DNA of 64,000 bases, from NCBI GenBank assembly GCA_965219955.1, contig OZ244799.1, positions 3,296,001-3,360,000 of the forward strand, read 5' to 3'. Position numbers and translations under genes: made by a program. The DNA is from a bacterium (GTDB lineage Bacteria > UBA8248). Of the stretch, positions 61,232 through 64,000 are shown piece after piece; within the stretch, counting starts at the first letter, position 1, and each line of letters opens with the position of its first letter. The notes under the pieces were generated by a model that did not search any database, was not told the origin of the DNA, and saw only the letters and a list, made by a program, of their open reading frames with translations.

Positions 61232-62831
61232 TCGCCGTCTCCCGCCGCGGGAGTTTGCGCAGGGCGCGCCCGGGACGCACACCCGTATGACCTCCACCCT
61301 CCACGACGACCTCTCCGTTCACCAGAACCATCTCGATTCCCGAGGGGTATGCAATGGGACGCTCGTAGGTGCACTCATCACGTATCTCGTCGGGGTCGAA
61401 CAACACGAGGTCGGCCTTCATCCCGGCCGCAAGACGCCCCCGATCCGCTATACCGAGCCGGTCGCATGGAGCGGAGGTCATCTTCCGGATCGCCTCGGCC
61501 ACCGGGAACAGGCCCTCGTCCCGCGCCAGCGCGCCCAGGACGAAGGGAAAGGTTCCGAAATTTCTCGGGTGAGGCCTGCCCGCGCCCAGGGGTGGTTCGT
61601 GCGTGAGCGCGCCCGCGTCCGAACCCACCATGACGTAGGGTTTCTGGAGAATGCGGCGCATGTTCCCGGCGCTCATCATGAAAATGAGAATCTCGACGTT
61701 CATCCTCTCCTCGACAAGCAAGTCGAGCATCGCATCCACGGGAGCCATGCCCCGGGTCTCGCCCAGGCGAGTGAGGGTGAGGCCCTCGCAGGGCCGGTTC
61801 GCCTCCGTGAAGACCCGGCTGATCAGGATGTTCTCCCAATAGGAAGATTCGGGGTGCGCTCGTGTGATTTCGTCCCGAATCTTCGCCCTGGTGTCCGGGT
61901 TCGCGAGGCGCTCCACCTTCTCATCAAGTGCGCCGTCATGCGCCCAATCGGGCAACAATGCGCTCAGGTGGGTGTTCGAGGCCGTGTATGGATAGCGATC
62001 GCAGGTCACGTCCTCGCCCCTCTCGCGCGCATGCTCGATGCGGGCGAATGCTTCGTCGAGCTTGTCCCAATTGCGCTCGCCCGCCGTTTTCAAATGGCTG
62101 ATCTGAAGCGGCAGCTTCGCCGATGCGGCAGCGCTCATCACCTCGTCCATCGCTTCGAGCAAACCGTCTCCCTCGCTGCGCATGTGGGTGGCCAGCAGCC
62201 CCCCGCATCGCGCCGAGACCCGGCAAAGCGCCGTGAGTTCCTCCTTGTCCGCGAAACAGGCCGGCGCATACACCAATCCGGTGGAGAGGCCGAAAGCCCC
62301 CTCCTCCATCCCGGCGGAGAGCATCTCCTCCATTGCGGCGAGTTCCTCCGCGCGGGCCGGGCGCGCTTCGCCTCCCATCACGCTCGCGCGAATCGTGTTG
62401 TGTCCCGCCAGATGCGCGTAGTTGATCGATACGCCCACCGCGTCCACGTGATCGAGGTGCTCGCCTACGCCCTGAAACGGGAGGTCCAGGTCGAATTGCT
62501 CCCGGTACCATTTCCTGCGCTCCCCGGCCTCGGCCCCGCGAATCGGGGAGGCGGCGTAACCGCAGTTGCCTCCCACGTCGGTCGTCACCCCCTGGCGGAC
62601 CTTTGCATGCGCCTCGGGATTGATGAGGAGGTAATAATCCGAGTGACCATGGATATCGACGAACCCGGGGCTCACGGCCAGACCCCGCGCGTCGACTTCT
62701 CGCCGGGCGGAGCCGCTCACTCCGGGCCCTACCTCCGCAATGGTGTCTCCGCGAACGGCGAGCGCACCTTCATACGGAGGGTCGCCCAAGCCGTTGAATA
62801 TCATGGCATGGTGAAATATGACGTCATACAT
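61224..62831 (-). CDS. N-acyl-D-amino-acid deacylase (D-aminoacylase) family amidohydrolase
   Basis: PGFVDIHGHSD, QGVTTDVGGNCG, STGLVYAP, THMRSE, ISHLK, HPRNFGTFP. Confidence 0.92.
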   Translation of the reverse strand: MYDVIFHHAMIFNGLGDPPYEGALAVRGDTIAEVGPGVSGSARREVDARGLAVSPGFVDIHGHSDYYLLINPEAHAKVRQGVTTDVGGNCGYAASPIRGAEAGERRKWYREQFDLDLPFQGVGEHLDHVDAVGVSINYAHLAGHNTIRASVMGGEARPARAEELAAMEEMLSAGMEEGAFGLSTGLVYAPACFADKEELTALCRVSARCGGLLATHMRSEGDGLLEAMDEVMSAAASAKLPLQISHLKTAGERNWDKLDEAFARIEHARERGEDVTCDRYPYTASNTHLSALLPDWAHDGALDEKVERLANPDTRAKIRDEITRAHPESSYWENILISRVFTEANRPCEGLTLTRLGETRGMAPVDAMLDLLVEERMNVEILIFMMSAGNMRRILQKPYVMVGSDAGALTHEPPLGAGRPHPRNFGTFPFVLGALARDEGLFPVAEAIRKMTSAPCDRLGIADRGRLAAGMKADLVLFDPDEIRDECTYERPIAYPSGIEMVLVNGEVVVEGGGHTGVRPGRALRKLPRRETANV

Positions 62832-62900
62832 CGTGGACTGCCCGGGGCGGATTCTGCTCGACCGTCGAGCATAGCAGGAAAGCGAATTATGGGCGAATCT

Positions 62901-64000
62901 TCATCCGCCTGCAATCGGCGGCGCGTCCGAGACCCATTTTCCGTCTATCATCGCGGCGATCAGCTCAAGGGAACCGGGTTCGAGAACGCAAATATCCGCG
63001 CGCAGACCCGGGGCGAGACGGCCCCGGGCGGATCCCAGGCCAAGGACGCGCGCGGGGTTTCGCGTGGCCGTCGCCAGGGCGCATGCGGCATCGAGCCCGC
63101 ACCATTCCCGAAGGCGCGGGAGCATTCGAGACAGCGAGAGACGGCTGCCGCTCAACACGCCCCCGCGCATCACCGCGTCGACCGGCATCTCATCTTTCGT
63201 CTCGTGCGCGGCGTCTCGAGGCCTTAAGCCTCCATCGGCCACCAGGTCCGAGGTGAGCACCGTCCGCTCCCAGCCCCTGGCGCGGACGAACGAGGCGAGC
63301 GATTGCCGTGCCACGTGCACGCCGTCCGCTATCAGGCCGGCGGAGAGCCTCGCATCGTTCTGCACGTAATCCATCGGCGAGGCGCTCCTGTGCGCGGGCG
63401 TCTCCGGATGGCCGTAGCTATTGAACGCATGAACCGCGAAAGCGCCGCCCGCCTCCAGAAACGCCTCCACGCAAGCGGCTGAAGCCCGGGTGTGTCCCAT
63501 GGCGGGAACGACGCCCTTCTCCGCCAGCCAGCGGGCGAAGTCCGCAGCGCCCTCCAAGCCCGGTGAGAGCGTGACCACAGCAAGCCCCGGCGCGCCGCCC
63601 ACACCAAAGCCCCCGGCGGCCCGGGCGATCGCCTCGACCTCCTCTTTCGAGGGCGCGCGGATGTGCTCTTGCGGATGAGCGCCCCTCATCTCCGGTTCCA
63701 GGTAAGGGCCCTCCAGGTGAACGCCCAGGATGCGCGCCTCGGCAGCGTCTTCTTCTCGTTGCAGCGCCCAGGCATCGCTCACCGCGCGGGCGGCGTTGAT
63801 CAACTCGTCCCGGGAAGCCGTGGTGAGGGTGGGCAGAAAAGCCGCCGTGCCGCGCTTCGCCAACTCCCGGGCGATCCGCCGCACGCCGGCGGCGTCGGCC
63901 GCGAGCATCGCATCCGCCCCCAGGCCGTTCACCTGAAGATCCACGAAACCGGGACAAACCAGCGCGCCGCCCAGGTCGAGGGCGCGCGCTCCGGCAGGCA
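62901..64000 (-). CDS. nagA: N-acetylglucosamine-6-phosphate deacetylase (5' end outside the window)
   Basis: PGFVDLQVNG, FLPTL, GVHLEGPY..RGAH, MGHT, IADGVHV, LSGS, TRNPARVLG. Confidence 0.85.
   Translation of the reverse strand, partial: PAGARALDLGGALVCPGFVDLQVNGLGADAMLAADAAGVRRIARELAKRGTAAFLPTLTTASRDELINAARAVSDAWALQREEDAAEARILGVHLEGPYLEPEMRGAHPQEHIRAPSKEEVEAIARAAGGFGVGGAPGLAVVTLSPGLEGAADFARWLAEKGVVPAMGHTRASAACVEAFLEAGGAFAVHAFNSYGHPETPAHRSASPMDYVQNDARLSAGLIADGVHVARQSLASFVRARGWERTVLTSDLVADGGLRPRDAAHETKDEMPVDAVMRGGVLSGSRLSLSRMLPRLREWCGLDAACALATATRNPARVLGLGSARGRLAPGLRADICVLEPGSLELIAAMIDGKWVSDAPPIAGG

Noticed and set aside
59084-63227. Long antisense ORFs (59084-61606 and 61020-63227 here; likewise 28680-30689 and 45433-47313)
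   Set aside because: Shadow ORFs opposite well-supported genes, expected at high GC.

Overview
GC-rich bacterial DNA from a diderm organism (complete tolQ-R-A-B-pal-cpoB operon, lipoproteins). The gene mix and repeat style suggest a marine or host-associated Nitrospinota/Tectomicrobia-like lineage, but that is inference only. Positions ~1-11,600 are accessory-looking: a truncated IclR regulator, a Zn-type dehydrogenase, an amidohydrolase, dense nested REP/MITE-like repeat clusters, and a Cre-like tyrosine recombinase divergent from two large surface lipoproteins with TbpB-like C-terminal barrels. The best candidate for an undescribed system lies between the recombinase and the lipoproteins. 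Two inverted lox/dif-like sites (5694-5717 and 5862-5885) share an identical 12-bp core and bracket a 174-bp segment carrying a near-consensus sigma70 promoter. This looks like an invertible promoter that would switch between the recombinase and the surface lipoproteins, whose predicted loops have a patchwork AT-rich codon usage. Positions ~11,600-64,000 are mostly core and metabolic genes: ggt, typA, glyA, galU, ligA, tol-pal, anmK, nagA, an AOR-type aldehyde oxidoreductase operon, LLM monooxygenases, EamA transporters and M20 hydrolases, with one more repeat cluster at ~57.2-57.7 kb. I saw no rRNA, tRNA or CRISPR array. All product calls come from motif recognition by eye; no database searches were run.
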